Shown here: positions 14,511 through 28,100 of the stretch, in pieces
Numbering within the stretch: position 1 is the first letter of the stretch
Layout: each line of letters starts with the position of its first letter
NCBI GenBank assembly: GCA_964016885.1
Contig: OZ024743.1
Location: forward strand, 180,048,001-180,112,000
Reading direction: 5' to 3'
DNA: 64,000 nt
Origin: Eledone cirrhosa
Lineage: Eukaryota
Translations under genes and position numbers: made by a program
Notes under the pieces: model-generated
Seen by the model: only the letters and a program-made list of their open reading frames with translations
Databases searched by the model: none
Told to the model about the DNA's origin: nothing

Positions 14511-16113
14511 ACTCAGGAAACAAGGTGAACAAAGAAGTGGGTCCAGAAGTATCTCCCATCTTTTCTTTACTGATGACCTGAAGTTGTATGGGTCAAATAT
14601 CAATGACATCAAGAAACAATTGGACCTCATTACACAATTTTCAACCGACATCAAAATGAAATTTGGTGAGTCCAAGTGTGCATATTTGGCAGTAAAACGT
14701 GGAAGAGCTGTGCCCTCCTCTAGTAATCTAGAGATGAACGGCCTGACAATACAACCTTTACAGTCAGGTGACAACTACAGATATCTTGAACAGGATGAGA
14801 ATGTCAGATATGATGGACCCATAAATAAGGAGAGAACCAGAACTGAATACCTCAGAAGAGTAAAGAAAATATGGTCATCAGAGCTGTCAGCGTACAACAA
14901 ATACATTGCCCACAATACTTATGCTGTGCCAATTCTAATGCCAACATTTAGCCTGCTGAACTGGTCATTGCAAGAACTAAGTGAGATGGATGTTAGAACT
15001 CGCAAAGTTCTCGGTGTTACTGAGAACTTTAACATCAATGGTGATATAGATAGGCTATACTTCTCACGCAAGGAAGGTGGCCGGGGTCTAAAATCAATAT
15101 TAACAACATATGAGACCCGGATAGTAACACTGAAGCAACACCCTCATCAGAGGAAAAAGGTTGGCAACCATATTGCCCAGGTTTATGAGCAGAGAAATCT
15201 CACCCAGAGAAATTGGAAGATCCTATTCAATGTTCAAACAAGATAAAAAATTGACCAATTTACAGAAAAAGTTCTGCATGGATACTTGAGGCGTAAAACA
15301 CAGACCATAGAGGGGATAAACCACTCAAAAAGCCTGGCATGGAGTTCCGACAAGTTTATGACATGACACCTTGAGGGATATCTCTATGCAATACAGGAAC
15401 AAGAACTCCCTACCAAATATCTGCTGCACAAAAGAGGAGGGCCAGCAGCTGACAATAAATGTAGGCTATGTAAAACAAAGATCGAGGATGTAAGCCACAT
15501 TGTTGCCAGCTGCGAAAGAATGTCATCTCGCTACTACCTCCCCATGAGACACGATGGGATAGCTAGAACCATCTGGAACGCCCTTCGGAAAACAAAATTA
15601 ACAACAAACGAGGAAGAATATATTGAGACAGATTGCACTAAGGAATACTGGTGGAACCTGAAAATAAAAACTGCCACCAAATTAAAGCACAACCGGCCTG
15701 ATATTGTTTTTTGGGACCACACATTGAAAACGTGTTCTGTTGTGGAGATCAGCTGCCCACTTGATGTAAACGTTGTTAGAAAAATACAGGAGAAGGAGGA
15801 CATCTACGGACCATTGATGAGGAGTTTACGAATCCAGTATCCAATATACACCTTTAGCTTCATACCCATCATTATTGGAGCTACGGGTTATATACCAACC
15901 CGCTTGGACCAAAGTATGACTGAACTTGGATTAGCGGACAAAAAGCGCAGCTCTTTAATTCATAGTCTACAAATGGCTGCGATAGCTGGCACCTTCAAAA
16001 TTTGCAAAACATTCTTGCGATTCAAGGAATGACAATTTCTTTTCTTTTACAACCTTGCCACCAGGAAGGTGGCCGGTCAAAAAAAATATACTCGAAATTA
16101 AGAAAAAGAGATA
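14511..16113 (+). mobile_element. Second, 5'-truncated and mutated copy of Dong family A
   Basis: Starts at the position equivalent to ~12795 of copy 1. Has a ~75-bp deletion near 15190, a stop at ~15364, and the same 3' UTR followed by TACA. Confidence 0.92.
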
Positions 16114-16125
16114 ACATACATACAT

Positions 16126-16600
16126 CTGCCCAGCAGATGCCAATATAATATCAAAGATTAGCGAAAAAGAGAATATTTATGCAGAATGAGAAATATGCTA
16201 ATACTCCACCCTAACTATATATTCAGATTTATACCTTAATTATTGGTGGAGTGGGATATGTTAGTAACTCCCTCAGTACAAATATTCAGAAGCTGGGCTT
16301 CACAGAAACAGAAAGAACACGACTAGTTAGGATTTTACAAGTACAATCCATTAATGAAACAGTAAAAATATGTAAAACATTCCAAATTTTCTGCATCTAA
16401 TAACTGCATGTACAGATACAAAGCATATGCACATGCACACATATAACTCAAAACATACCCATCCACACATACAACTCAAAGCATCCACATCCACACATAC
16501 AATAACATCCATAGCTGCAAACATACATACATGCAGACATGCAGACATTTCTACCTAGCTGATGTTGTGTAAATTCCAATGAGAGAGTCTTTTATCCAAC
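16126..16600 (+). mobile_element. Second fragment of Dong-like family B
   Basis: Colinear with 10555-10990. Confidence 0.85.
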
Positions 16601-17997
16601 GTTCTAACGACTCTGACAATGCGCCGCCTTACAATCTTGAAATAAGACCTGATAAACCAGGTGATTTAGTCACCTGGTAGGTGATTTAGTCACCTGGTAA
16701 TTCAATAAAACTTCACATTCGGGCAGGGCTAATAAACATGGTGTTAGGTGAGATTGAAATCAGTTCAGTTGATTGATTATGTTAGTAATAATAGCAGTAC
16801 CGGTGGAGCGTCGAACAACATGCTTTGTGACATATTGTTACGTACCTTGAAAGGTTAGCTTTGTCTTTCATCCACCAGCGCCTGGGCTCCCGTTTATTGA
16901 GAGATGAGATGAGCCAGAGAGACGGAGCCAGTGAGTGAAAAAAAGAGAACATCAACGCACACAAGGTTGGTAGGACAATGATAGGTGTTAGATTTCATTA
17001 AATTAACAACTCCTAGATATTTTATATCATGTTGAAATTTTAAGTAGTGATGTTGCTATACTATAAGTTATGAAAGAATCGTAATACAGGAATGACTGAG
17101 TTATTTACAATGACAGTAAACACAAACCAGGTGGCAGGTCATGTTTGGAACAGAGATATAATTCTCATTTCATTCATTTTAATTCTCTATCTCATGTTTT
17201 ATTTGGTTTCTATGTATAGCCAGTAGCTTGAATAGATACGGCTTATATCAGGTTGTATCAGCTTGAGTGCTTCACACATCACAACTGTTGCCCAATGCAT
17301 CAATAACGAATTGTGGAACATTATCGTAAACACAATGTTGAGATGTTGGTATATTCAGGGAGAATATTTGTAGGACTACTGAAAAGTTTAAAGAAATATA
17401 AGATTATTGTGATTATCCATTTATTTGTAAAATTATCAGCGTCACTGCAGTATCTAAACTATAATAAAGTAAAGAGTGCGGGACTGCGTACGGTTTATAA
17501 TTTTGTATCCTATTAGTAAAATAAGTTGGATTACTTTGAATAAATAATGAATGAATATTACATAATTTATCTGCTAAATTTCGTAGCTGTTAATTAAATA
17601 TGTTTTATTATTTATTTAAAGATTCACTTCTTTAAAATTTTCAAATATCAACTTCCGGTTAGTGATCGCTTAAATAAACATTCATATATTTCCGTCACTA
17701 ATTTTCCCCTAATGCAGTTTATATATAATCTCGTCTTTTTTTAATGTATCATGGATTGCGTTACTGATTACATAAGACAGTGTAATCTTCATTCAATTTC
17801 TGTGTATATTGTCAATTACGATGTTATTTGATGTATCATATCTACATGCATATATACTTTCGTATAATATCAATATACACACTACACATGCTAGCAGAAA
17901 ACCACCCGCAGTGTGGTTTTTCTGCTAGTCTATTATAATTATCCTTGACAGAAAAGTTAAGGAATGTATTTCATCTGAAGATGAAATAATTATTCGC

Positions 17998-18465
17998 AGA
18001 GACGGCAAGCGCTCCGACGGAATTATCATCTTCCCTTTCGAAAGAGGTAGATCCCACATCTGCGACGCCACCTTTTGTAACACGTACTCCACCTCCAGCT
18101 TAGTCGCTCGGCCACAAATCCCGGTACTGCGGCCCGCAAACAAATACTGGGGATGGTCTGGCCACTACCTCTCGACGGTCGTAACATCAGGCGTACTCGA
18201 ACCCCGTATTGCCGAGTTCCTCCGCAACATCGAAATCGTGAGGTGTGGTGGCTGTTGCAGTGGATGTCGCTGGCCATTGTCCGCAGAAATGCTTTTGCGG
18301 TCGTGTCCGTGGGGCACAGTCGCAACACCGCTGCGTCTTATGTCCAAAGCCCTTCACCCGATCTCCTTCCCCTCCTTTTCCTCTCATTTATGGCTTACAT
18401 AATCCTTTCCTCTACTTTCCCATACTCCCAGATCTGCCCATCCTATTTTCATAAGTATAATTAAG
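17998..18465 (+). mobile_element. CRE-clade RLE LINE 3' relic
   Basis: RDGKRSDGIIIFPFERGRSHICDAT (cf. DGKRPDG..PW..G....DxT) and LLQWMSLAIVRRNAFAV (cf. QRISIAIQRGNA). Confidence 0.7.
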
Positions 18466-19099
18466 TGACGCTCAGTTTCTAAAAGCCGGAATAAGCCTTC
18501 ATTTAAGCCGGAATAAGCCTTCACTATATGAATCAAATTCTATATTTATAAACTCGGAATATTCATTTCCTTTGCATCATCAGCATCTATGTCCGTGGAA
18601 GCCTTGCATTAATTCACATTCTCTTAGTCTTTCAACTTCAAAATAGTGAACATACATAGGTACAATATATCAGTGAGAGGAACGAAAATAGTATCAAGAA
18701 AACAAAGGTGTCTCCTCGCTTCCTTTAGACTCTTTAATAGAGACACCCATCAAATGTATCTCAAATCACATTACTACTTTATTTTTAAATGAAGGAAACA
18801 TTATATAAGTAGTCCTAGAGGCATCAAGCCTGAAAAACATTGGCATGGTCATGACTCGAATATATTTGAGCATGGTTCTGTCCTAAAGTTGCTGCTCTTC
18901 GCTAAGAAACAGCAATCAAAAGCAATTTATTTCTTAGTGTTTAGTTTTGAATTCAGTTTCCCCCCGAAGACTGGCTAGAACAAGGCAGGCAGTGGCACAG
19001 TTACTCCCAAATATTTCTACAACAAACATTCAAAATATTCACAAGTTCACAAAGTTCACTCTCCTTCTGTTGCATGCAACGATGTTAAGTGATTCAAAA

Positions 19100-19714
19100 C
19101 AGCAATCAGCAGCAGTAGCAATAGCAACAACAACAACACCAACAATGACAACAAAAAAAGACAACAGCACCATCAATAACAACAACACCAACAATAACAA
19201 CAACAATAAAGACAACAGAACAAAACAGTATCAACAATAACAACAACGACAGTAGCATAACAATAAAGACAGTAGCATAAAACAACAACGAACATATAAC
19301 ACGAATTTGCTTCTTTAATGCAACAACCAACTCTGTTTTCATACAATCAATTCTAAAAAAAAAAATGTTCAACTGTGTTAACACATTTATTTTAAGATTT
19401 GATCAGTTAGAATGTATCTCCACATTGATTTTCTTATTAAAAGCATTGATTTCCATAAATTGTTGACAAACTCAAGCTTTTTGACTTAAGAAAGAAAATA
19501 TAACTTCTGAGGCTTCCTAATGGAAGACAATGGAGAGAAATAATATAGTAGTTTATTATTTTGGTTGATATTGATACTGCGGCTGCTACAGATGTTACTG
19601 TTAACTCTACTACTATTAGAGTGCCTACTGTTACATCTACTAATACTAATACTACTATATCTACAGACTCTACCGTTACCTCTATTACTACTACTACATA
19701 CACTACTGTCATAT

Positions 19715-19763
<49 letters not shown>

Positions 19764-19896
19764 ATACACTGCTGTCATATCTACTACTACTAATACTACA
19801 TACACTACTGTCATATCTACTACTACTACATACACTACTGTCATATCTACTACTACTATTACTACTACTACTACTACTACTACTAATAATAATAAT
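19100..19896. repeat. (AAC)n-rich tract (19100-19290) and (ACT)n/(AAT)n compound repeat with four 'tacatacactactgtcatatctac' units (19696-19860)
   Basis: Direct reading. Confidence 0.9.
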
Positions 19897-22800
19897 AAAG
19901 TTTTCTTTATTAACCACAAGGGTTTACATAAAGTAGACATTAAGGACAGTACAGGACAATACAGGACGGTACAAATAGGCAATTCTGCGTGTAAAAAAAA
20001 ACAGAGGATGTAGTAAAATAACAAAGAAAAATTCCCCAATAGGGGGGAGACTTCCGAGGGACATTTGTGGAGAAAGTCCATTAAAAGACCACAGTGACCC
20101 TGACCACCAGGGCAAGTGCCCTCTCCCAGTTTTCCACCTTTAATTTACAGACACATACTCAGAGAAGGCCCATTCATTCGGGCCATACTTGCTTCTCTCA
20201 CCCATCTTTCAACAAAATGCTGGGAAGAGAGCACTTCCCTCTCTACCCTAATTTTCCTTTTCAAATGAAATTTGAAAAAGTTAATCAGGGCATCACCGAA
20301 GAAGTAAGTGCTCGTCTTCAGCCCTTTCAAACGTGTCCACCATACTATCTCTTTCGCCATGGCCACCAGACATATAAAAACTGCCTGCCCTTCCCTGCTA
20401 AAGGAAGGGGGCGGGGCAATCCTCACGATGGACTCAGCTGATAGCTGGATCAGTCCTACACGTGACAGCAGATGTTCGACATAAACCCACAAGTCAGCAA
20501 TGCTCGGACATTGGACGAGTGCGTGCAGGATGGTTTCGTCGCCCTGTGAGCAGCTCGAACATGCGCGGCTGACGGCACCTCCATGCCTGTAGAGTTTATC
20601 CCGAACTGGCAAAGCTCCCCGGTAGCACGGCCAGGCCAGGGATTTCTGGAAGTTGTCCATAGGCCCCGGCCCGAAAGTCCGTCCGAAGATATTGGCTAGT
20701 TGATTTTCGTCGACGCCTAGAGTTTCTCCAAGTACGTCGTCGCTCTTCCCCTCCACTAATCCTTAATAGAACGCCAAGGTGGGGTTTCCACCGATCACAT
20801 TGCCCGATTGGTCGAGGGCTGTGAGCGCCTGAAGACATTCCAGTCTCCAAGCGCTCCCTCTCGGTCTTCGCTTAACCCAGGACTGCAGCTCCGTCAAGTA
20901 GACGAGCTGGGGAAATACGTGTCTAGCAAACGGCGACCACACCTGATCACCGTCGAGGAAGAGGTAGAGATGTCGTAGCCTGAGCGCGTGTCTGCGCATC
21001 ATCAGCCACGGCAAGCCCAGCCCTCCACGTTGCGGGTGTTGACAGCAGATAGACCGCCTGACCATTGGAGCGCGTCCCTTCCACAAAAAGCGAAAGAGCA
21101 AACGCTCCAGCGCAGTCAGGCGGGGCTTAGGACAAGGTACGACGGTCAGGCGGTAGTAGATGACGGACGCGATGTACGCGTTAGCCACCTCCGCTCGACC
21201 TTTCAGGGATAGCTTCCTCTCGGCCCATTTCTGGGTGAGAGAAGCCACCCTGCTCGTGACCTCGTCCCAGTTTCTGTCCGTCTGGAGGTCTGGACCGAAC
21301 CAAACCCCTAGCAATTTAACCGGTCCGTCCGTCCAGCGCCCGACAACGCTGTTGGACGGCATGGACCTGCCTCTCCAGGTGCCGAGCTGCAGGCCCACTG
21401 ACTTTTCCTGTCACCGCTTTGTATTCTCTTAGTGTAGTGCCGATCACCTCGATGTGTTTGGCGTTCGACACCACTACGGTGACATCGTCCGCATATGCTG
21501 ACACGGATCTTCCGTATCCTAGTTCGCGCGGGACCCCCCTCAACGTCTCCAGTATGTGCAGTAATGGCTCGAGAGTCAATACGTACAAGAGGCACGAGAG
21601 GGGACATCCTTGGCGGACCGAGCGCATGATGTTGAACGGTTCCGGAAGGTGACCGTTCACTCTCACTACACAGCAGATGTCGCTGTGCATGGCAGCGATC
21701 CAGCTTCTGAAGACGGGCCCAAAGCCAGCCGCCCTCAGGACTGCCGCTAGGTAACGATGGTCGACCCTATCGAAGGCTTTCGACTGATCTAAATTAATCA
21801 AAGACCCAGCCGTGCCAGGTTCCCTAGCTACCCTCTCTACGATGTATAGCCTTACTAAACCTAATGGACTCTATTCTAATTGTTCTTTTCAGAGCAAACC
21901 ACCACTTATTGTTGACGATGGCCCCCGTCAACGCCCGCTTAACTAGTTCGCTAATCCGGTCTCTGTAGGCCTTGCGCGCTGGTAAGGACGCGTTTAGCTT
22001 CCAGTAGCCGGGTCCTCGTCTATGAAGCCTATCTAAGTCAAGCACACAGATCACGAATTTGTGGTCCGTGTAGCTGACTATCTTGAATTGTGGACAGCCT
22101 ATGCTAGACCTATCTATTTCCCTACAAAATACTCTATCTAGATATGATCTGGATGACCCTATGCGATTTGTCCAAGTCCACATTGGTACATTCGGGAAAT
22201 CCATTCGGTACCTGTCAGACAGATCAAAACGTCTGAGCAGGTTGGTGAGACTCTTGCACCCTCCTTCCCTATCCACTAATCCCACACAATCCCAGCGTGC
22301 ATCTAAGATCCCGTTCCAGTCGCCCACTAACACTAAAGAGCGGGACGTTCCAAGAAAGGTCTCCAGACGCCGGAAGAAATCAGGCCGCCCTGCTCCTGTC
22401 GGGGCATAGACGGCCACTAACCTGAAAGCTTGGCCGTCTCCGCTGGTCACGTCCAGCACCACCAACTTACCTTCTGGGTCCAGGAAGATGGCCCGTATGG
22501 CAAGATCCAAACCTCTCCGAAAAAGCACAGCAACTCCTCCTCCCGATCCCGGACGGCTGGGAGATGCGTACACATCGTAGCCGCCGAAGATCGGTGCGAA
22601 AGCCTGTGCTTCGGAGATTCTGGTCTCGCTGATGGCCACTACATCTATGTTTAGTGACGTGAGGTCGTTGAGCAGGTGGCCCTGGTTCCATGACAACCCC
22701 AAGCCACGCGCATTTATGCTGCCTATTGTGAGTGAGGTCATATTGAAAAGGAGTGTAAAAGATGGGAAAGACCACTTACCTTACTTCTCGTAGGGGAAGG

Positions 22801-24952
22801 ACGGTTTTTCCATCCTTTTCACTGCTTGTGGCCTCCTCAGGAAGGATGTCCTTATAAATCCTCCTGGAGAGTGCTTGTCGGAAGTCTCCGATGTCTTTGG
22901 GGAATTTTTGTTTTAGTGTCATGTACGTTTTCTGTGTGATGCGAGTGATTTGTATGTGTGGAGGTGGTGTGAATTTTTGGGTTGTTGTGTAGTCGTTTTC
23001 TGTGATGCTGGTGTTGTGTTGGATGTAGTGTAATAATTGGTTGTTGTTCAAATTTAATGCTGTGTAGTGTGTATCGTTTTGGTTGTTTTGTTTTGTTTGC
23101 GTTTGTTGTGGGTTTGTTTCTGTTTCGCATTTTGGTGACTTTTGTGCTGTAGGTGATGTTGGTGTTGGGGTTAATGATGGTGATGGTGTTGGTGTTGCTG
23201 GTGTGGATGGTGGCATATCTGTCCTAACTTTTTTGTTTGTTAATTTATTTGTTTCCCTTTGTATTTTGTTTTTGGAGGGGGAAGGAAGAGAATGTTTTCC
23301 TTTTTTGGTTTCTTTTTTTTTCCTGATACCGTTTCCCACTCCTCGTCGTCACAATCTGTCTCCACTTGTGATAGGCCGGGGAGTTGAAAATCCTCCACAG
23401 CCGTTAGTTTTGGTTGTGGCGTGGTGGATGGTGTAGGCGCTGGTGGTAGTTCTGAAGCGTTGGGTGGTGGCGGTGGTGTTGGTTTTGCTGGTGGTGGTGG
23501 TGTTGGTTTTGCTACTTTTGCTGGGGTTGTTGCTGTTATAGTTGCTTCTGTTGTTGCTGCTACAGTTGTTGCTGCCATCTCTGCTACTGGTGGTGCTGAT
23601 GGTTGAGTCACTGGTGTGGGTAGGAGAGGTGGCCTCGACCTTTTAGCCTGAGGGCAGAAAGCCCTTAGGTGGGTTCCTTCACCACAAACGACACACCTGG
23701 GCCTTCTTCCCTCGACAATTACGGTGAGGTAGCTGCGTCAGTGAGGTCTATTACCTCTGGGATCTTCTCAATGCTTTTTTGGTCCGCTTGGATCAGGAGC
23801 TCCATCCCAGAATCGGACCAGTTCTCCTGCTTTTCTTTTGCTATTGCTATTATCTTTGCGTTGGCTTCGATGCCGGCGAGGACGGCCGCTATTAGCCAGG
23901 GAATTTCGATGGCCGGTGGAACGTGGGTCACCCTGATCTTTACGAGTCTCTGGCCACAATAGCTTGGGACGAGTGTTAAGTCGTCACTTCTTAATGGGGC
24001 CATGGAGTGTTCTCTAGCCTCCTCTGGTGTTTCAAAGAACACGTCCACGGTTCCATACTTCTGCCCACGTCTGATGTGGGTTTTTCTTGCCCACACATGT
24101 CCCAAAGCTTTTTGGATTTGGGACTCGGATGCCCGTTCCACTCGGCGTGATTTTACATTTATTGTTCGATACGACACGGTGCAGGCGCCGATGCTCCATT
24201 TTATTAGGTGTGTGTGTGGGGGGGGGGGGGGTTTGATCATGTACCCATCTTTCTTTACCATTTTTTGGCATTTTCTAATTCCTCCTGAGTTACCGTAAAT
24301 GCTTCGCACTGTTTTGTTACTCTGGCAAAACTCAGGGTGATTTTTTTAATGTCATTGTTGTTGTTGTTGCTATCGTTATTTTTGTTATTATTAATTTTAG
24401 TTTCAGTTGTGGTGGTGGTGACGTCAGTGGAGTTCGGTTTGGAAGAGTCCATTTTGGTTGAAAATGTTTCGACATCACGAGTTGATTTATTTTTTCCTTC
24501 TGTTTCTGTTGTCGCGGTGGTGGTGGGGGTGGTGGTTGTCGCGGTGGTGGTGGTGGCTTTAACACCTGCAGTCATTGGTAATGGCGGGAAATGAATGTCT
24601 GCCTGAGACAAATTTAAAATATTGCTAGTGCTTAAATTGTTTGTGTTGGCAAACGTAGTATCATTTACAATGGTGGTGTCGGTGTGAGGTGTTAATTTGT
24701 GAGGAAGGCTCTCAGCTGCTTGGTGCAGAGGTGAATTAGCCATTTTTGTACAAAGAAATGTTTTGATAATCATAAAAGTTTAAATTTTGGGCACAAGGCT
24801 CCAATCTTTTTGGGTGTCCTTTTCGGAAAACAATGTATGTGCGCTTATATATAGTTAACAATAAAAATTTTCCATAAATGGCAATTTTTAACAAACGTAA
24901 ATAACAAACCTTTGCGGAGCTCACGATGATACGATTTACTACGTAGGTCGCC
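19897..24952 (-). mobile_element. Tx1-like (L1-clade) LINE family A, both ends intact, ~0.8-kb internal deletion
   Basis: The 5' end GGCGACCTACGTAG is shared with 44686 and 57753. ORF1 24743-22776 is frameshifted (RRM-like core, CVVCGEGTHLRAFC knuckle). ORF2 22741-20145 has an APE domain (GSINARGL, AISETR, GDWN, SYLDR, TDH) and RT (DQSKAFDRV, QGCPLS, YADD). Deletion junction ~21846. (AAT)n on both sides. Confidence 0.93.
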
Positions 24953-25104
24953 AATAATAATAATAATAATACTCATACTACTACTACTGCTGCTTCTAAA
25001 TAACTAATACAACACTAAACCAAAGCAAAAACAAAACAAACAAAAATAAAGGAATACGGATGGATGTAAGTGACTAGATTTTTTGATTGTATTACAAGTG
25101 TTCA

Positions 25105-28100
25105 TATCAGTAGCGGCAACACCAGTAGCCACACCAGCAACAAAATTGCCGAAGAGCGCTCCACTACCACCACCAACAGCCGTGGAGCACATACCCCTCC
25201 CAGACGCCACAGAATCTGACATGGAGTTTGAGGCGGGCGTGAAGTGGCAAACGGTGCCACAAAAAACAAAAAACAAAAAAACCCTTAGATTTACCCTCCA
25301 AAAGCGAAGGCATACAAAGAGGGGTAAATGCAGCAAGGAAACTTGCAGCAACACCACCACCATCACCACCACAAACACCAACAAGAAGAAAATAGCAACA
25401 AAATCACCCTTCCCCCAAAAAAGTACACAGCCACAAACATGGCAAAAAAAGAACTCATACAATATAAAAAGCAGCACACAGACATCACAGAAAAAAGCTA
25501 CTACACCCACCAACACCAAGAACTCTCCCGACAAACATAAGCATCATCGAAATCTCAATAGAACAGTACAAACCTTTAAAACAAAAATACCCCAACGCAG
25601 TTGGAAACTTCAGAGGGTCGGTTACCAAGAGGGTATACACTGACATCCCCTTGGAAACATCCATGACCAGCGAAAGGGACGGTTCTAATGTCCCTTCACC
25701 ACATGAAAAAGGTAAGTGACCCTTTCTCACTTGTCCCGTTTCTCATCCAACATGTACTCAGAAAAGGAAGTATAAATGCACGTGGCCTGGGGTCATCTTG
25801 GAAGCAGAGTTACCTGCTCAATGACCTCAGGTCACTAAACATAGATGTGGTGGCCATAGATGTGGTGCCCAACCAGAATCTCCGAGGCACAAACCTTCGC
25901 ACCGATCTTCGGCGACTACGATGTATACGCATCTCCCAGCCGTCCAGGATCGGGGTGAGAGGTTGCCGTCCTTTTTCGGAGAAGCTTGGGTCTCGCGATA
26001 CGGGCCATCTTCCTAGACCCAGAAGGTAAGTCGGTGGTGCTGGACGTGACCGGCAGCGAAGGCAATGCTTTCAGGCTAGTAGCCGTCTAGGCCCCAACAG
26101 GGGCAGGACGGCCAGATTTCTTCAGACGTCTAGAGACCTTTCTTGGAACGTCCCGCTCTTTAGTGTTAGTGGGCGACTGGAACGGTATCTTGGATGCACG
26201 CTGGGATCGTGTGTGGCTAGTGGATAGGGGAGGAGTGTGCAAGAGCCTCACCAACCTGCTCAGACGTTTTGAACTGTCTGACGTGTATCGACTGGTTCAC
26301 CCGAATGTGCCAATGTAGACATGGACAAACCGCATCGAGTCATCCAGATCGTATCTCGATAGGGTATTCTGCAGAGAATTAGATAAGGCTAGTATAAGTT
26401 GTCCACAATTTAAAATAGTCGACTACACAGACCACATATTTGTGATCTGTGAGATCGACATAGACAGACTTCATAGACAAGGGCCTGGTTACTGGAAGCT
26501 GAACGCGTCTTTCCCGGTGCGCAAAGCCTACAGAGACCGGATTAGCGTATTAGTTAAGCGGGCGTTGACGCGAGCGGTCCTCAACAACAGGTGGTGGTTC
26601 GCCCTGAAAAGGGCAATTAAAGTAGAGTTGATTAGGTTTAGCAAAGGAGTAGTGATAGAGGAAAATAGAGTAGAGGGAGAGCTAGTCAGAAAGCTAGAAG
26701 AGGCAACCGACGTACTTGCGGCGAGATTGGCACTCGACCAATTCTTCAACGCAAAACACGAAGGCTGCGTTGTCAGAGCTAGAGCGCGTGCTCTGAAACA
26801 CGAGGGGACAAAAGCCATCCAATGGGCCCGGGTGGCAGAGGCGCGACGTGGCAACAAAGCCACAATTCGGTCTTTGTCTGACTAAGAAGGGTGCGTGATG
26901 CTCGAACCCGAGCGGATGTGTGAAGCTTTTCAGCAGCACTTTGCTGAACTGTTCGGGAGCAGCGGCGCCCCGGATCGCGGCATGGACTTCAGTGCATACC
27001 TCGACGGACTGTCTCGGCTCTCGACGACCGCAGCACAGTGTTGCGAAAAGCCAATAACAGCCGGTGAAATAAGGGAAGCGATGGCTAACTGCACAAGGGG
27101 TAAATCGCCAGGTTTAGATGGTCTGCCCTACGAGCTTTATGCATTTATGCCAGACTTGTTCGGTGACCTCTTGGTAGACGTCTACTGCAACTGGCGGCAG
27201 AACGGGAGCATTCTCAGTTTTGTGAGAAGGGGAGCAGTGGTGCTTCTGAGAAAAGACCCGAACAAGGGGGATGTTATCGATAATTTCAGGCCCATAACAA
27301 TGCTAAACGCAGAGTTCAAGATTTTGGCCAAGGTGTTAACAACGAGGTTGGCGCATGTCGTCAAGGGTCTGGTAGGAGAGGCGCAGACATGCGCCATTCC
27401 GGACAGATTCATACACGACAACCTCCACCTCATGCGATACATCATAGAGAGGGTGGTTAAGGAACCTGGCAAGGGTGGGGCCCTGATCAACTTGGATCAA
27501 TCCAAAGCATTCGATAGGGTCGACCATCGGTACCTGGCGGCGGTCCTCGAGGCAGCCGGTTTCGGGCCCGTTTTCAGGGGTTGGATCGCAGCAATGTACA
27601 GCGACATCTGCTCAGTTGTGAGGGTGAACGGTCACCTGTCGCAGCCGTTCAGCATCATGCGCTCAGTCCGCTAGGGTTGTCCCCTCTCGTCCCTCTTGTA
27701 CGTATTGGCTCTCGAGCCGTTACTGCACAAACTGGGGGCGATGAGGGGCGTCCCATGCGAACTAGGATGCGGGAAATCCGAGTCAACTTACGCTAACGAC
27801 GTCACCGTGGTGGTGTCGAGCAACAGACACGTCCAGATGCTCGGCACCGCTCTCAAGCAATACGAAGCGGTGACAGGAGCAAAGATAAACCAGGAAAAGT
27901 CGGTGGGCTTGCAGCTCGGCAACTGGAGAGGCAAGTCCATGCCGTCCGACAGCGTCGTGGAGAGTTGGACGGACGGACCGGTTAAATTGCTCGGGGTCTG
28001 GTTCGGACCGGACCTCCAGATGGAGAAAAACTGGAACGAGGTGACGAGCAGGGTGGCCTCCCTCACCCAGAAATGGGCTGAGAGGAAGCTGTCCCTGAAA

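Larger units (their letters stand above)
8736..16125. repeat. (TACA)n arrays separating successive insertions: ~8736-8834, 9191-9291, 9648-9775, 9837-9915, 10480-10552, 11059-11135, 14463-14510, 16113-16125
   Basis: Direct reading. Confidence 0.95.

Noticed and set aside
16647-16698. Hammerhead-like CTGATAA plus palindrome accaggtga/tcacctggt with a 20-bp tandem duplication
   Set aside because: The core is mutated and no GAAA follows the stem.
19437-20081. Mucin-like Thr/Ser/Val-rich ORFs
   Set aside because: An (ACT)n repeat open in several frames and running into a Tx1 3' UTR.
22083-22775. Recurrent antisense or alternate-frame ORFs in Tx1 copies
   Set aside because: They recur only because the copies are near-identical, and show no independent motif.
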